NCBI RefSeq assembly: GCF_006345805.1
Contig: NC_042998.1
Span: 104,284,001 to 104,348,000, forward strand
DNA length: 64,000 nucleotides
From: Octopus sinensis
Lineage: Eukaryota
Direction of reading: 5' to 3'
The notes beneath the pieces are model-generated. The model did no database searches. It saw only the letters and a program-made list of their open reading frames with translations, and was not told where the DNA came from. The position numbers and the translations under genes were made by a program. Shown in pieces: positions 1-12,190 of the stretch (position 1 is its first letter; the number at the start of each line of letters is the position of its first letter).

Positions 1-1224
1 AAAAAACAATAGATGCATTTCTTGTTGTTTTGGTATGTTAATTCCAGAATTAACGAATCTGAAGTAGTTTTAGTCTTTAGTCCTTATTGACATTAGTAAT
101 GTTATTCTCACTAATATTTTTTTTTGTATTGTTTTCTTTCCTCGCTTGAAACTGTTTAGTAGAATTCATTCTAACGACCGTATTCGTCATTAGCGAAATA
201 ATCTCAGTTACAATCATTACCGTTGTTGTTGATGTTTGACTGTGTTGACGTTTTTTGTTGTTGCCTTCGTTATTGTTGTTGTTGTTGTAGTTGCAGTTGT
301 TCTTCTAAGTTATCATCTTCCAGTTGTTGTTATTGTCGTATAGTGTTGTTGCAACTGTCGTTATTTCTGTTGTCATTGTTGCCGTTTTATTGTTGGCGTT
401 ACTGTCCTGTACTTGTTGTTGTTATTGTTGTTGTTATTGTTGTTGCTATTGTTGTTGCTATTGTTGTTGCTATTGTTAACTTCCGTTGTTATTCTCATCA
501 AGGTGTTGCAGTTCTTTATGTTATCGTTACCGTTTCTCTCGTCGGTTCTATCCTAAGTCGACGTTGTTGTTCTGTTTGCTATAATCGGTAACTTGCTGTT
601 ATTATTGTTGTTGTTGTTGTTGGCATTATCGTCATATTATAGTTATTGTTGTTGTTGCTGTTCTCCTGATTCTTATTACAATTTTCATCATCAACATCAT
701 TATCATCATTATCATTACAATATCAAACTATGAATACACGATGATGTTTCTTGCTATAATTTTTTACTGTCTTTATCTTCTATTATTTGATTTCATTATC
801 GTGCTTTTTTTTGTTTTTGTTTTGCTTCATATTATACATTTATTTGTTTATTTCTTTGCCTGTTTTATTGTTTTTGGTGTTGTTTTCTGTTTTCTTTATT
901 TTACTTTTGTTCGTTCGTTATTTACGACTCTGCACTCTCCCTCAACCTACCTCTCACCGCTTCCTATTTTGCTTTTCATTAGCAGAACGTTTTGCCGCTT
1001 TAATTAGCTCTCGTCTTCATTTGCCTGGCCTTGTTTAGATGGGGTGTGGCAGTACGAGTGGTGGTGGGGGTAGCGGTGGTGGTGGTGATGGTGTCGGTCT
1101 CGATGGTGGTAGTGGTGGTGGTGATAGTACTGTTTGGTAGGGAATTTGTGTTCATTCAGTCAAGACACATACCATCCTCCTCTCCATTCCTCGCTCTCTA
1201 TTTTGAATGCATACACACTAAAAT

Positions 1225-1255
<31 letters not shown>

Positions 1256-1808
1256 CACATATATATATATAACGCATAAACAAACATTCACAAGCACGCA
1301 CACACATTTATATATAATTCCAACATAAATATTCAATTATACAATATATATGCATGGGTGTGTGAGTGGGTGTTTATGAAAATACGTACATACATACGTA
1401 TGTATGTATGTATGTATGCATGTATATCTATCTATCTATCTATATGCATGTACATTCGTGTGTGTATATATGTACATATAAGTATACATATATGTGTGTG
1501 TGTGCGTGTGTGTATAAAGATTTGTTGTAATACTTTGTTGTAAAAATCTATAAGACTTTGTGTGTGAGTATATGTGTAATTCGCACATGTGTGTATTTAT
1601 ATATATATGTATGTTCCTATATGTGTGTTTAGACTAATATCTGTGTACTTCTGCATGCATTTCTTCATTTGAAACACAGACATGAACACACACACACACA
1701 TACACACACAGCTTCTACACCTACGTTGCACCTGTATTTTATAAACCACCAAAATCACTAACGGATATATAATTTTTAAAACGTAATTATCTCAGTTCAC
1801 TTTTTCTT

Positions 1809-1878
<70 letters not shown>

Positions 1879-2581
1879 ATCTTTCTCTGTCCGTCTGTCT
1901 CTCTCCCTCTCTCTTTCCTATTTATTAATGGAAATTTGATGTGGAAAATATAAAGCTAACAATCAATGCGTTTCCACAGCTTAATGAATATATAATATTT
2001 TTATTTCTTTTTCAGGTTCCCGCGATAATTCAGATAGAAATTATCAACTTCGTAATTAAGCCCAATTTGGAATTGTAAAGTATATCGTTTGGAATTCGGT
2101 ACAGTTTTAAACATGAGAAAGAAAGAGAGAAAATAAAATAAAACTAAATTATTATTACAAAAAGAAGAGAATGAATATAAAGCTACATCCGTATATACGC
2201 GAGCGAGTGTGTGTATGTATGTATGTGAGTGCGTGTGTATGTATATTACACGCACAAAGTTATGTTTGTGTTTCCATGATGTGTGGTTGCACGCTTGTAC
2301 GAGTCCGATTTTGCATAATGTATGCATGTGTATGTGTGCGTGTGTGTGTGTATGTGTATGTGTGCGTGCGTGTGTATCTGTGTGTGTATGTGTATGTGTG
2401 TATGTGTGTGTGTATGTGCGTGTAGTTTGAGTGTGTGCATTTGTCTATAAGGAATATTCACTTTTGTAAAGTTGCATGAGTTATAGATTAGTAGTGGTTG
2501 TAATAGCAGCAGCAGCAGTAGCTGTAGCAGTAGTAGTAGTACTAGTAGTATTGGTGGTGGTGGTATCAGTAGTATTAGTAT

Positions 2582-2613
<32 letters not shown>

Positions 2614-2614
<1 letters not shown>

Positions 2615-3150
2615 ATCGTAACGTCGGCATAAAGTTACCCATTTGGTAGCGTATTTGGTATTGAGATGTATAGAAAGCTCGATTATTTTCAGTAAGTAGA
2701 TGAGAAGTACTTTATATTTATAAACTCTTGAAGGCTCCTGAGGGAAGTGGCTCTCAATGGTTTTGAATCAGTGTAGTCTTAACTTTAGAAATATAAAACA
2801 TCTAAGTTATTTGAAAATTTAGCGGAAGGTATCATTATAGTTCAGCTAAGATATGAAAACAGAAAATTTGTCTCGAGACGAAAATGGTTTGGGCTCTGAT
2901 AAAGTATAAGGATGTTGAATAGGGTTGATGAAAGTGTGCTGTTGTTGAATGCAGTCGTTAGGCTCTAATGGAATATGTATCTAAAGCAAATTGAATAACA
3001 GGTGAAGCTTTAAGCCTCAATCGTATGTCCCAAGAACCACAATATTCAAAATGAAAGCAGAGGACGTGCTGGTACATGATATTATTCATTCTATATAAAG
3101 AGTGTTCTCGGAGATACGAAAGAAAGGTACAGGCAGTTTAGATACATTTG
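2614..3150 (-). mobile_element. Highly decayed non-LTR retrotransposon RT remnant
   Basis: Manual minus-strand translation gives ...IPLEPNDCIQQ/NSTLSSTLFNIL (resembles RT QGxxLSPxLFN), then LNYNDT (YADD-like position) and RVYKYKVL (KYLG-like), in the expected order with stops and frameshifts. Confidence 0.45.
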
Positions 3151-3349
3151 AAATCAGAATCGAAGAGCATGGCTGAAATAATTCTTTCACAAAGAATATT
3201 TTTTAATTCTATAAAATTTGCCAAGCAACTGCAACTCAAAGAAAACAACATTAACAACACTAAACGTACAATTCACAATCTCTCTATCCGGCTATTCAAA
3301 TTATCACAATCAATTTTAAACAACATGCTTCTGTTTTTGTCATTATCGT

Positions 3350-3673
3350 GTACAGCATTATCGTGTTCAAATTCCGCCGAGGTCGACTTTACCTTTCATC
3401 CTTTCGGGGTCGATAAATTAAGTACCAGTTACGCACTGGGGTTGATATAATCGACTTAATCCGTTTGTCTGTCCTTGTTTGTCCTCTCTGTGTTTAGCCC
3501 CTTGTGAGTAGTAAAGAAATAGGTATTTCGTCTATCCGTACGCTCTGACTTTGTCTTTCATTCTTTCGCGGTCAATAGAATAAGTACCGATCGTGCACTG
3601 GGGTCGATGTAATCGACTTGTCCCCCTTCCACAAACTTTCAGGCCTTATGCCTATATTAGAAAGGATTATTAT
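3350..3673 (+). mobile_element. SINE family A, 5'-truncated long (duplicated-core) form
   Basis: GTTCAAATTCCGCCGAGGTCGACTTTACCTTTCATCCTTTCGGGGTCGATAAATTAAGTACCAG core, a linker, a second degenerate core and an ...AGAAAGGATTATT tail. Matches other copies in the window. Confidence 0.9.
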
Positions 3674-4025
3674 GTATATAAGAAATACATATATTGTCCT
3701 TCCTTTCATAGTGTATAATAATGTTTTAACCATTTGGAAAAACTGGAAGGACAATTTAAATAAGACCGATAAACAATATGTCTGAAAAAATAGGTCGGAA
3801 TTGTCACTGCTGGAATGCTTTGTCTATATTCATGAAGATAGTAGTTACTATGAGGATTGGCAGTGGCCACACCACTACCACTTAAGAATGTTACTAAGAT
3901 CTATCTAAGAAAAACCTGGAGAATATGAATATTAATTAGCTGTAAAGTAAACGGTTAAGATTTTGTTAAATGTAATTTATAAAGAGAACAAATCTCATGA
4001 CGGGATGGTTTGTGTGTGTGTGTGT

Positions 4026-4908
4026 GGGAAATATTTTGGTTCAAGATGTATCTCGCTTTGACCGGCCAACTGAGGCTAACTGCGACACCAATCCCCGTTT
4101 TACCATCAGAATGATTGCAGATATTTCCCAGCTATCAAAATCGAATGTTGAAAACCATCTGCATTGACTTTGTTATGTCAGCTGTCGCTATTTAATGACG
4201 TTAACCTCATACTAGGGATTTCCATCAGACATTCGTCGTAGAAACATGAAGAAAACAATAATCTTTTTGAAGAGAATGTCGAGAGGGGACGAAACAGACC
4301 GTCTATAACAATGTGAAGCACAAACGATAATGGAGGAAGCACGGCGAACCACCACAAACAATCTCCAAAGCAGGGGTTCACATAAGTTCGGTTATACTTT
4401 CATTTTGGTGGGATTCGAAGGCTGTCGTCTTTTACTGCTTCTTCTCACGGAGGGAACCAGCAGTTAGGATGTTTACTGTGACAAGCTGAGCAAGTTAGAC
4501 ACGATGATCGACCAGAAGCGTCCAGCACTTTTTAATCGTAAAAGCCTCGTACTTCATTACGACAATGTCAGACCGCACGTTTCTCTGGAGACGAGGCAGA
4601 AATTATTGGGGCTTGACTGAGAAGTTTTATCGCTCCCTCCATATTCGCCTTTAGATTTGCAACTGCTTCGATCATTTCAAAATTCATTGAGCGGATAGAC
4701 CTTCAAATCTGAAGAGAAAGTAAAATTTGACGAGGGAGACTTTTCGCGAGTAAAGACAAACTTTTTTGAGCTGAAGATACTGGATCTGCCTAGAAAATGG
4801 CAGAAGATACTGGAACGAAACGGTTGATTGAGTGAATCGCGTTCTGTTTAAAATTTGTGTCTTATTTTCGTTTAAAAATAAAAAAACGGACCTTTTCGTC
4901 AGAACAAT
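4026..4908 (+). mobile_element. Mariner (Tc1/mariner) transposase fossil
   Basis: Broken frames read QDVSRFDRPTE..NPRFTIRMIADISQLSKSNVENHLH, FLKRMSRGDET..YNNVKHKR*W, WWDSKAVV, LHYDNVRPH and PPYSPLDL. These correspond to the mariner HTH, TGDEKW, HDNARPH and YSPDL motifs. Many stops and frameshifts. Confidence 0.85.
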
Positions 4909-5054
4909 ACAATAGCAAAGTGAGTTCGTATAGCAAGCAGAAGAGACGTAAACCTCCAAGTGTTTTAGGAATATATAAAGACTAAAGGAAGAATTACAGA
5001 ATAACAGGAAGAAGAAAAAAGAAAAACGGAAATAGATATTAAAATAACGACATA

Positions 5055-5070
5055 ATGATGATGATGATAC

Positions 5071-5140
<70 letters not shown>

Positions 5141-5520
5141 GATGAAGATGATGATGATGATGATGATGATGATGATAATAACATATAAACGAGGACAATT
5201 TTCCTATTGCGTTATATTTTTCTTTCTAATTTTCTGCTAAAGAATTAGCTTGCTGGTATTTTGCAATAATTGCATCACTGCAATTAATGATTCCAATAAC
5301 ACGCCTTAATTGGCTAACTCAAGAAATAATGATGATAGCGAATAAAAATGGCAAGACAGACAAATAGCATGAAGATGATGATGATGATGATCAGAATGAT
5401 GATGATGATGATGATAATGATGATGACTATCATGATGATGATGAGGCTGATGGTGATGAGGATAATGATGATGATGATGATCATGATGATGATCATGATG
5501 ATGATGACGACGTCGAGGAT
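5055..5520. repeat. (ATG)n microsatellites (two tracts)
   Basis: Pure (ATG)n at ~5055-5176 and a degenerate tract at ~5370-5510. Source of the poly-M/H/S ORFs. Confidence 0.95.
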
Positions 5521-5842
5521 TTCTTGCATGTACAACAGAGATCATATTTAAGTAGTAGACAACACACAAGATTATATACGTGTGTGTGCGCGTGAGTGTC
5601 TGTGTATGTGTATATGTGAGTGAGGGAGAGAGAGAGAGAAACAGAGAGAGAGAGAAACAGAGGGAGAGAGAAAAAAAAGAGAGAGAGAAAGAACGATATG
5701 GAGAGATAAAATGATATATATATATGAGTGTGTGTGTGTGTATGTACATATATGTATATATATATTAATATATATGTATGTACATATATATATTAATATA
5801 TATATATATGTACATATATGTATATATGTATATATATGTACA

Positions 5843-6026
5843 TATATATTTATCAGTCTCTCTCTCTCTCTTCCCCTTCGTCTCTCTCTCTCTCTTCCCC
5901 TTCGTCTCTCTCTCTCTATCTATCTATCTATCTAACTATCTATCTATCTGTCTGTCTGTCTATCTATCCATATACATATATTTATGTATATGGATAGATA
6001 GACAGACAGACAGATAGATAGATAGT

Positions 6027-6066
<40 letters not shown>

Positions 6067-6105
6067 CGAAGGGGAGAGAGAGAGAGAGAGACTGATAAAT
6101 ATATA
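5843..6105. repeat. Inverted repeat (fold-back) of compound microsatellite
   Basis: TATATATTTATCAGTCTC..CTTCCCCTTCGTC..TATCTAACTATC..CCATATACATA is mirrored by TATGTATATGG..GATAGTTAGATA..GACGAAGGGGA..GACTGATAAATATATA. Centre at 5979-5982. Confidence 0.9.
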
Positions 6106-7019
6106 CAAAAACAAAAGACACCTACATTGAAACAAATGGAATAAAATTATTTCATGTAGAATCGCCATCAAACTGGCATTTTACATAATATTGTTGCTCT
6201 GTACTTTTTCTCTTTTATCCTCTTATTTCCTGATTCCGATATCTTACTGACAATTATGCCTCCTTGCCGCTACTGTTCGTTTCTTTCTCTCCTTTTCTTC
6301 TCTCTCCTTCTTCATCATCATCATCATCATCACCACCATCATCATCATTTAAAAAAGAAATTCTCCCATCATCCTACACTAGAAATTTCCTTTCGTATAT
6401 AAGCGTGAATCATCGTAAAAGCGGTTAGTATCTGACAGAATATATCCGATGACTAACCTAATGTAACCTAAAATTTTCTTTTCTCTTACATTTCTACAAA
6501 CTTAATTATCCATTTACTTATTCCTGATGAAGGGGACATTATCAGTGTGAAACTGAAGGATTCATACCGTGTTGACTAATGGACCCCAGAAACAATCGTC
6601 GAATTACTTCATATATGACGTTATAACCCTCTATAAACATTTCTTTGTAACTTCTCTACTCATTAAGATTTCTCACTACCACCGGTACATCTTACAAGTT
6701 TTAATCCCTAAGTCAACGCTTTCTAATCTTAAATTTAATATGATTTTTAATCGATATATCACTCTTTATTTATATATCCCTTTCACATATATTTTTACCT
6801 ATGTATTTCTTATTTCTATTCTAAATAATATATTGATATGTTCCTTGTCTTGGTGTATTTATTGTGTTATATGTATTTATTATGTTAATGTAAATCATCA
6901 CAATAGGATGATTATCTGAATTTTGTCTCTTCTTAAACAAAGTTATACGATACATATATAGATCTATAATGGATGATAAAACGAAATTCTCGTAAATTCC
7001 GTCTTCTGTCTTTCATTTG

Positions 7020-7061
<42 letters not shown>

Positions 7062-7457
7062 GTATGTATGTATTTGTGTATCTCTGTGTCCTCCCACCGT
7101 CGCAGTTCTTTTCTTATCAGAACGATCAGAGTGAGTTTTCCGAGCTGCCATACCTTCGTAGTCACCATTAGACTCATCCAACTCTTTCCGAATCCCCTGC
7201 ACTATCTTCAGATTGACATCCAAACACTCTAAACATTTCTCGTGGAACCCTTACAATTTCTGTTGGGTATCCTATTTACTATTTTCCTTGCGTGGAACCC
7301 CATGGATCATATGGACCGTGGTTGAGAACCACACGTTTAAACTAACAAAATGAGAATCTTTATGCAAGAGACCTGTCATTAGCAAATTTAGTCCAGTGTA
7401 TGTTTGGTAGTATAAATATATTCAATATATTTGTTAAATATATAAAATCTGCATAAT

Positions 7458-7585
7458 AGGCGCAGTCGTGGCTGTGTTGTAAGAGGATTTAAAAATAAGT
7501 CCTAGGGTCGATTTGTTCGACTAATATCAAGGCGGTACCCCAGCATGGCCGCAGTCAAATGACTGAAACAAGTAAAGGATAAAAG
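7458..7585 (+). mobile_element. SINE family B, internally deleted (head joined to tail)
   Basis: AGGCGCAGTCGTGGCTGTGTTGTAAG head runs directly into the AATAAGTCCTAGGGTCGATTTGTTCGAC..CAAGGCGGTACCCCAGCATGGCCGCAGTCAAATGACTGAAACAAGTAAA tail. Confidence 0.85.
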
Positions 7586-8166
7586 CATATTTAATTTTAA
7601 AAGCCGGAATAAAGTTGCAAAATTTCTGTAAGAGATGTTGGTGTACTGGCGAAATATTTTAGAGCGTCTTGCAGTATCATATCCAATTCTTTGTGCGTTG
7701 TGTTGAAATTCTGTCTCGAGATTGAAATCTTGCCGGTGGCTAGGTTAAGTTATCTGTCTAGAGGACCAAAATTGATTACGAGAATAATTACAGAGTCTGA
7801 AATGTGGAGCGAAATAGGGTGTCTACAGTATAAAATCTTCAGTCCGTTATTTAACCGACAGATGCCAAAAATATATTAGAGCATATTTAAAATGTCTGAA
7901 AACATGGTGCGTCTTTATACTTCTAAAGTAAATATACTTGAATTTCCGCTTTTTTAGTTACTTAACAGAACCCGTTCACGTCTCTGGTATATGACTTGCT
8001 TTGCATATAGAATATATATCGATAGGATACTGTGGATTTTGTAATGCTAAGCAGGCATTGCACTCTTACAATAAAGCAATACACGGCAAGGTGTTTATAA
8101 AGGTATAGAAGAGATGTTGATGAATGTACGAGTAATACAGTTCTATATTTAAGAGATAGAAATTAT

Positions 8167-8270
8167 GTACATTATTTACATTATAACATTTGACGGATAT
8201 TTGTCCTCATCTTGTCTGTTGTTAGCACAAAAATTCCTTAGGTATCTTTCGATGTTATTATTATTTGACT

Positions 8271-8324
<54 letters not shown>

Positions 8325-8471
8325 TCGAAAAATACCTTAGGAATGAGAACCCAGATTGGAAATATCCCCAAGACACCTGATGAAGGTTGGAGGGTATATC
8401 AGCTGAAAGGCTGTGTTAACAACAAAGATGAGGACAAATATCGTCGAATGTAAATAATGTAAAGAATGTAC
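8167..8471. mobile_element. Penelope-like terminal fragments in inverted orientation around (TAA)n
   Basis: GTACATT..GACGGATATTTGTCCTCATCTTG..TTAGCACA (left) is the approximate reverse complement of TGTGTTAACAACAAAGATGAGGACAAATATCGTCGAATGTAAATAATGTA (right). The right arm carries a CTGATGA..GAAA motif. Penelope assignment is inference. Confidence 0.6.
8372..8417 (+). ncRNA. Minimal type I hammerhead-like motif, core mutated
   Basis: GACAC-CTGATGA-A-GGTTG(GAGGGTATAT)CAGCT-GAAA-GG-CT-GTGTT. Stems I and II pair (with G-U), but position 16.1 is C rather than U. Confidence 0.55.
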
Positions 8472-8530
8472 GAGTGCTACTGTTCCAAGTTCCAAACAAG
8501 CTGCAAGGATCTCATATCAAAGTATGAAAT

Positions 8531-8654
<124 letters not shown>

Positions 8655-9427
8655 CTATAGTGGTGTGGTAAGGAACCAATGATATAGACTTCTGTTTATC
8701 ATATCTTTTAACCGCGCGCGCACACACACTTACACAGACTAATATAAAACTAAAGCAGTCGTGTTTCCAGCACAGTATATATACATATATAAGATCCAAA
8801 GATCAGAGCATTTGAGAGACAAATTTGTTCTTTTTCTAAGATAATACAATATAATTTGATGGCAATTTGACTGCTACCTCTAGCGTTTCGAGAGGTCACA
8901 TTGAGATTCCTATGTCGATTTGTCACTTCTTTGTCGAAAGAGCAGTTAAATTCTCAAATCATAATCTAACATTTTTAAAAATGGAGAAAATATTGACTGA
9001 TGCCCAGAGTCTATAAAGAGAAGATCGAGTTAATGCTGGCTTTAACGTATTCGGCCAGAAGACAGCTGGATCAGGTATGCTGCTAGCCTAGGGTTGATCA
9101 ATAAGAAACAGTATATTTTATCGTCCAATTTTTATAAAATATAAAAATAAATAATGTCTGTTATTATTTTTTTAAAGTCAACATAATGTTAGTTATAAAA
9201 ATTGATAACATAGTTTGATGATAACCAAATTAAAATATAAGCCAACGACATATGATATTAATCTTTATAACTTACATTGCTTTGACTTAAAAAAGTAATT
9301 AACATGTACATTTATCAATGCTTCATGCAACTATAGATAAAAATAAATGAAGACAATAATTCAAACTGTTCTAAAACTCAGCCAAATAACACGTACTGTC
9401 TTGGTACAATTGAATATCTTATAATAC

Positions 9428-9640
9428 TGGTTTCGAATTGGAGCACAAGGCCAGCAAGTACGGAGGAGAGGTAAGTTGACTACGGCGACCTAAGTGTTCA
9501 TCTGGTGCTCTTTTTATCCACCCCCGAAAGGATGAAAGGTAAACTCGACCTCGGTGAAATTTGAACTCAGAACATAAAAACGGATGAAATGCCGCTAAGC
9601 ATTTCGCCCGGCATGCTAACGATTCTGTCAGCTTTCCGCC
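9428..9640 (-). mobile_element. SINE family A
   Basis: Reverse complement starts GGCGGAAAGCTGACAGAATCGTTAGCATGCCGGGCGAAATGCTTAGCGGC, with a GAGTTCAAATTT B-box-like motif and the CCTTTCATCCTTTCGGGG core. Confidence 0.9.
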
Positions 9641-10459
9641 ATTGAATATACTAAAATATTAAATGTAACCTAATTTCACTGTAGAGTCTAAATATTTCCG
9701 CTCTAATAGGGAGTGCTTCGACTATCTAATTATGCGCCCAGCCCTTTCTCAAGTCAGCAATAAAGCATTGACAAATTCATTGTGCTAAATATGTTTACTA
9801 ATTAATCACATTTAGCATATGCTGGCTTGATTACACCGGTCATTATCATATCTAATTACATGATAATGTGTCAGTAGGTCTTTTTTTTTAATTGAACTGT
9901 TACTCCATGCAAACCATGAAGGAGGGGTTACTGTATTCTGTTGGGAGCTGACAAAGGGGAGGGATTTTTAAGCTATGCATGGGCTATTTAGTGGACCAGT
10001 TGTTGGCTATGGTTGAATATTTTCTTTTATATCTGAGGGTGGATTCCAATTTCCCCGATTCGTTTCGTGTGTCTTGTAAGAGATTTCACCGCCCAGGCAT
10101 CGCACGTACACGCATACATAAATAAATACACATAGCACACATCTATGTCTGCATGTGTGTGTATGCAAACTCATACGTTTACAAACATTCATGCTTACAT
10201 GCATGGCTATATAAATTTGCATAAACATACATACATACATATATATATTTATATATATATTAAAATGGGGAAGGCCGGTTTATGGGACTAACTTAGGTTT
10301 TCCATCCATAAAGGGTTTAGATTTATGAGCCAACAGGTTTTTGGGAACTGACGATACGCTATAAAGCTGAACTCTTTAGTCGAAAGACACCTGTTATGTT
10401 CTGTTATTATTTTTATTGTATTTATATTTGTGTGACATTGTTTTTCTATATGTATATAT

Positions 10460-10850
10460 AGGAGTAGCTGTGTGGTAAGTAGCTTGCTTGACAGTCACAT
10501 GGTTCCGGGTTCAGTCCCACTGTCCCAGTGCGTGGCACCTTGGGCAAATGTATCTTCTACTATAGCCTCGGGCTGACCAAAGCCTTGTGAGTGGATTTGG
10601 TAAACGGAAACTGAAAGAAGCTCGTGGAATATATATATATGTGTGTGTGTGTGTCTGTGTTTGTCCCCCACCATCGCTTGATAACCGATGATGGTGTATT
10701 TACGTCCATGTAACTTAGTGGTTCGGTAAAAGAAACCGAAAGAATAAGTACTAGTCTTCCAAAGAATAAGTCCTGGGGTCCATTTGTTCGACTAAAGACG
10801 GTGCTCCAGCATGGCTGCAGTCAAATGACTGAGATGAATATAGGAAAAAC
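10460..10850 (+). mobile_element. SINE family B (tRNA-like head, CORE-like centre)
   Basis: AGGAGTAGCTGTGTGGTAAG..GGTTCAGTCCCAC (A/B-box-like), GTGGCACCTTGGGCAAATG (CORE-like) and the tail CTCCAGCATGGCTGCAGTCAAATGACTGA. Confidence 0.9.
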
Positions 10851-11127
10851 AAGAATATATATATATATATATATATATATAATGACGGGCTTTCATTTTC
10901 CGTCAACCAAATCCACTCACACGGTTTGGTCGACTCGAGAATATAGTAGAGAATGCATAACCAAGGTGTCATGCAGAGCAATGCTCGTCAAACTATCTGA
11001 TGTGGCGTACCGGGGACCGGTAATATTTCTTAGTAATATGAATTTATACCAGAAACAATATATATAATGAATATAATAAAAGTTGACAATTTTTTTTTAT
11101 CTTATATTTATTTTGTAAACAAATAAT

Positions 11128-11412
11128 CTTTTCTACTCTAGGCACAAGGCCCGAAATTTTGGGGGAGGGGACCAGTCAATTAGATCGACCTCAGTATGCA
11201 ACTGGTACTTAATTTATCGACCACCCCCCTAAGAATGAAAGGTAAAGTCGACCTCAGCGGAATTTGAACTTACAACGTAAAGACAGACGAAATACCTATT
11301 TGTTTACTGCCCACAAGGGGCTACACACAGAGGGGAGGGGACAAACAAGGACACATAAACGGATTAAGTCGATTATATCCACCCCAGTGCATAACTGGTA
11401 CTTATTCAATCG
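11128..11412 (-). mobile_element. SINE family A, long form (linker plus second core)
   Basis: Reverse complement matches the linker and 3' unit seen at 3350 and 17173. Confidence 0.9.
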
Positions 11413-11979
11413 TGATATTTCATGGAATGCAACTTAACTTTCTTTTATATTTTTATCTCTTTGTTTAACATGATTTAAAAAAAATTTAGATGACAATCTA
11501 TTATCATTTCATATATTTGTTTAAGAAATGATTTGGTTGAGCTTTCGCTATCTCCAAAATTTCACATGTTCATAAACTGTAATATTTCCTTCTACGATTT
11601 TGCAGATTTTATAATTGACCATTCCTAGCCATACGGAAGGATTTTAGCCTTCAAATTGAACATATATTAGTCAACGAATTTGAGAATTTTAAGAGCACCA
11701 TTAAAAATTAGTGACAATGCTAGTAGTACCATTGAAAATATGCGATTTAACAATATAGTTATAGCCTATGTTACTACGTTGGTTATCGGCGATAGCTGGC
11801 TAAAGGGAAATTTTCTTTCACTTTAAAATTGCATAGAAGATTATCAGGATTAGTCAAGGAGAGGTTATGGCGTCAGATAATTTAGTTATTATTTTCCTCT
11901 TTTTGCTTTCATTATTTTGAAATTGAAACTGCTGTTTAACGTTACGTTAAATTTTTCCATTGATACTATTTTTATTATT

Positions 11980-12180
11980 GGCGGCAAGCTGGCAGAATCG
12001 TTAGCACGCAAGGCGGTATGCTTAGCGGCATTTCGTCTGTCTTCGCGTTCTGAGTTCAAATACCGACGACGTAGACTTTGTCTTTTATCCCTTCGTGGTT
12101 GATAAATTAAGTACCAGTTGAATTCTGCAATCGACGTGTTTCCTCCCCCAAATTTCAGTCCTTGTACCTATATCAGATTA
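11980..12180 (+). mobile_element. SINE family A
   Basis: GGCGGCAAGCTGGCAGAATCGTTAGC..GAGTTCAAAT..GACTTTGTCTTTTATCCCTTCGTGGTTGATAAATTAAGTACCAG; ends in (ATT)n. Confidence 0.9.
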
Positions 12181-12190
12181 TTATTATTAT

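Noticed and set aside
223-1328. Hydrophobic or Cys-rich ORFs at the window start
   Set aside because: Translations of degenerate (TTG)n, (GGT)n, T-rich and (CA/TA)n repeats; no domain signal.
4684-5749. Poly-S/H/M ORFs up to 166 aa
   Set aside because: (ATG)n microsatellites are stop-poor in several frames; part overlaps the antisense strand of the mariner fossil.
6524-6560. CTGATGA..GAAA possible hammerhead
   Set aside because: Five unpaired bases precede stem II and there is no valid U-H site or stem I; too decayed to call.
7296-7333. GGTTGAGAACCAC, resembling a hAT MITE terminus
   Set aside because: No matching left TIR or TSD found.
10332-10395. CTGACGA..GAAA inside an AACAGGT/ACCTGTT inverted pair
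   Set aside because: Stem II and the cleavage site cannot be built convincingly.
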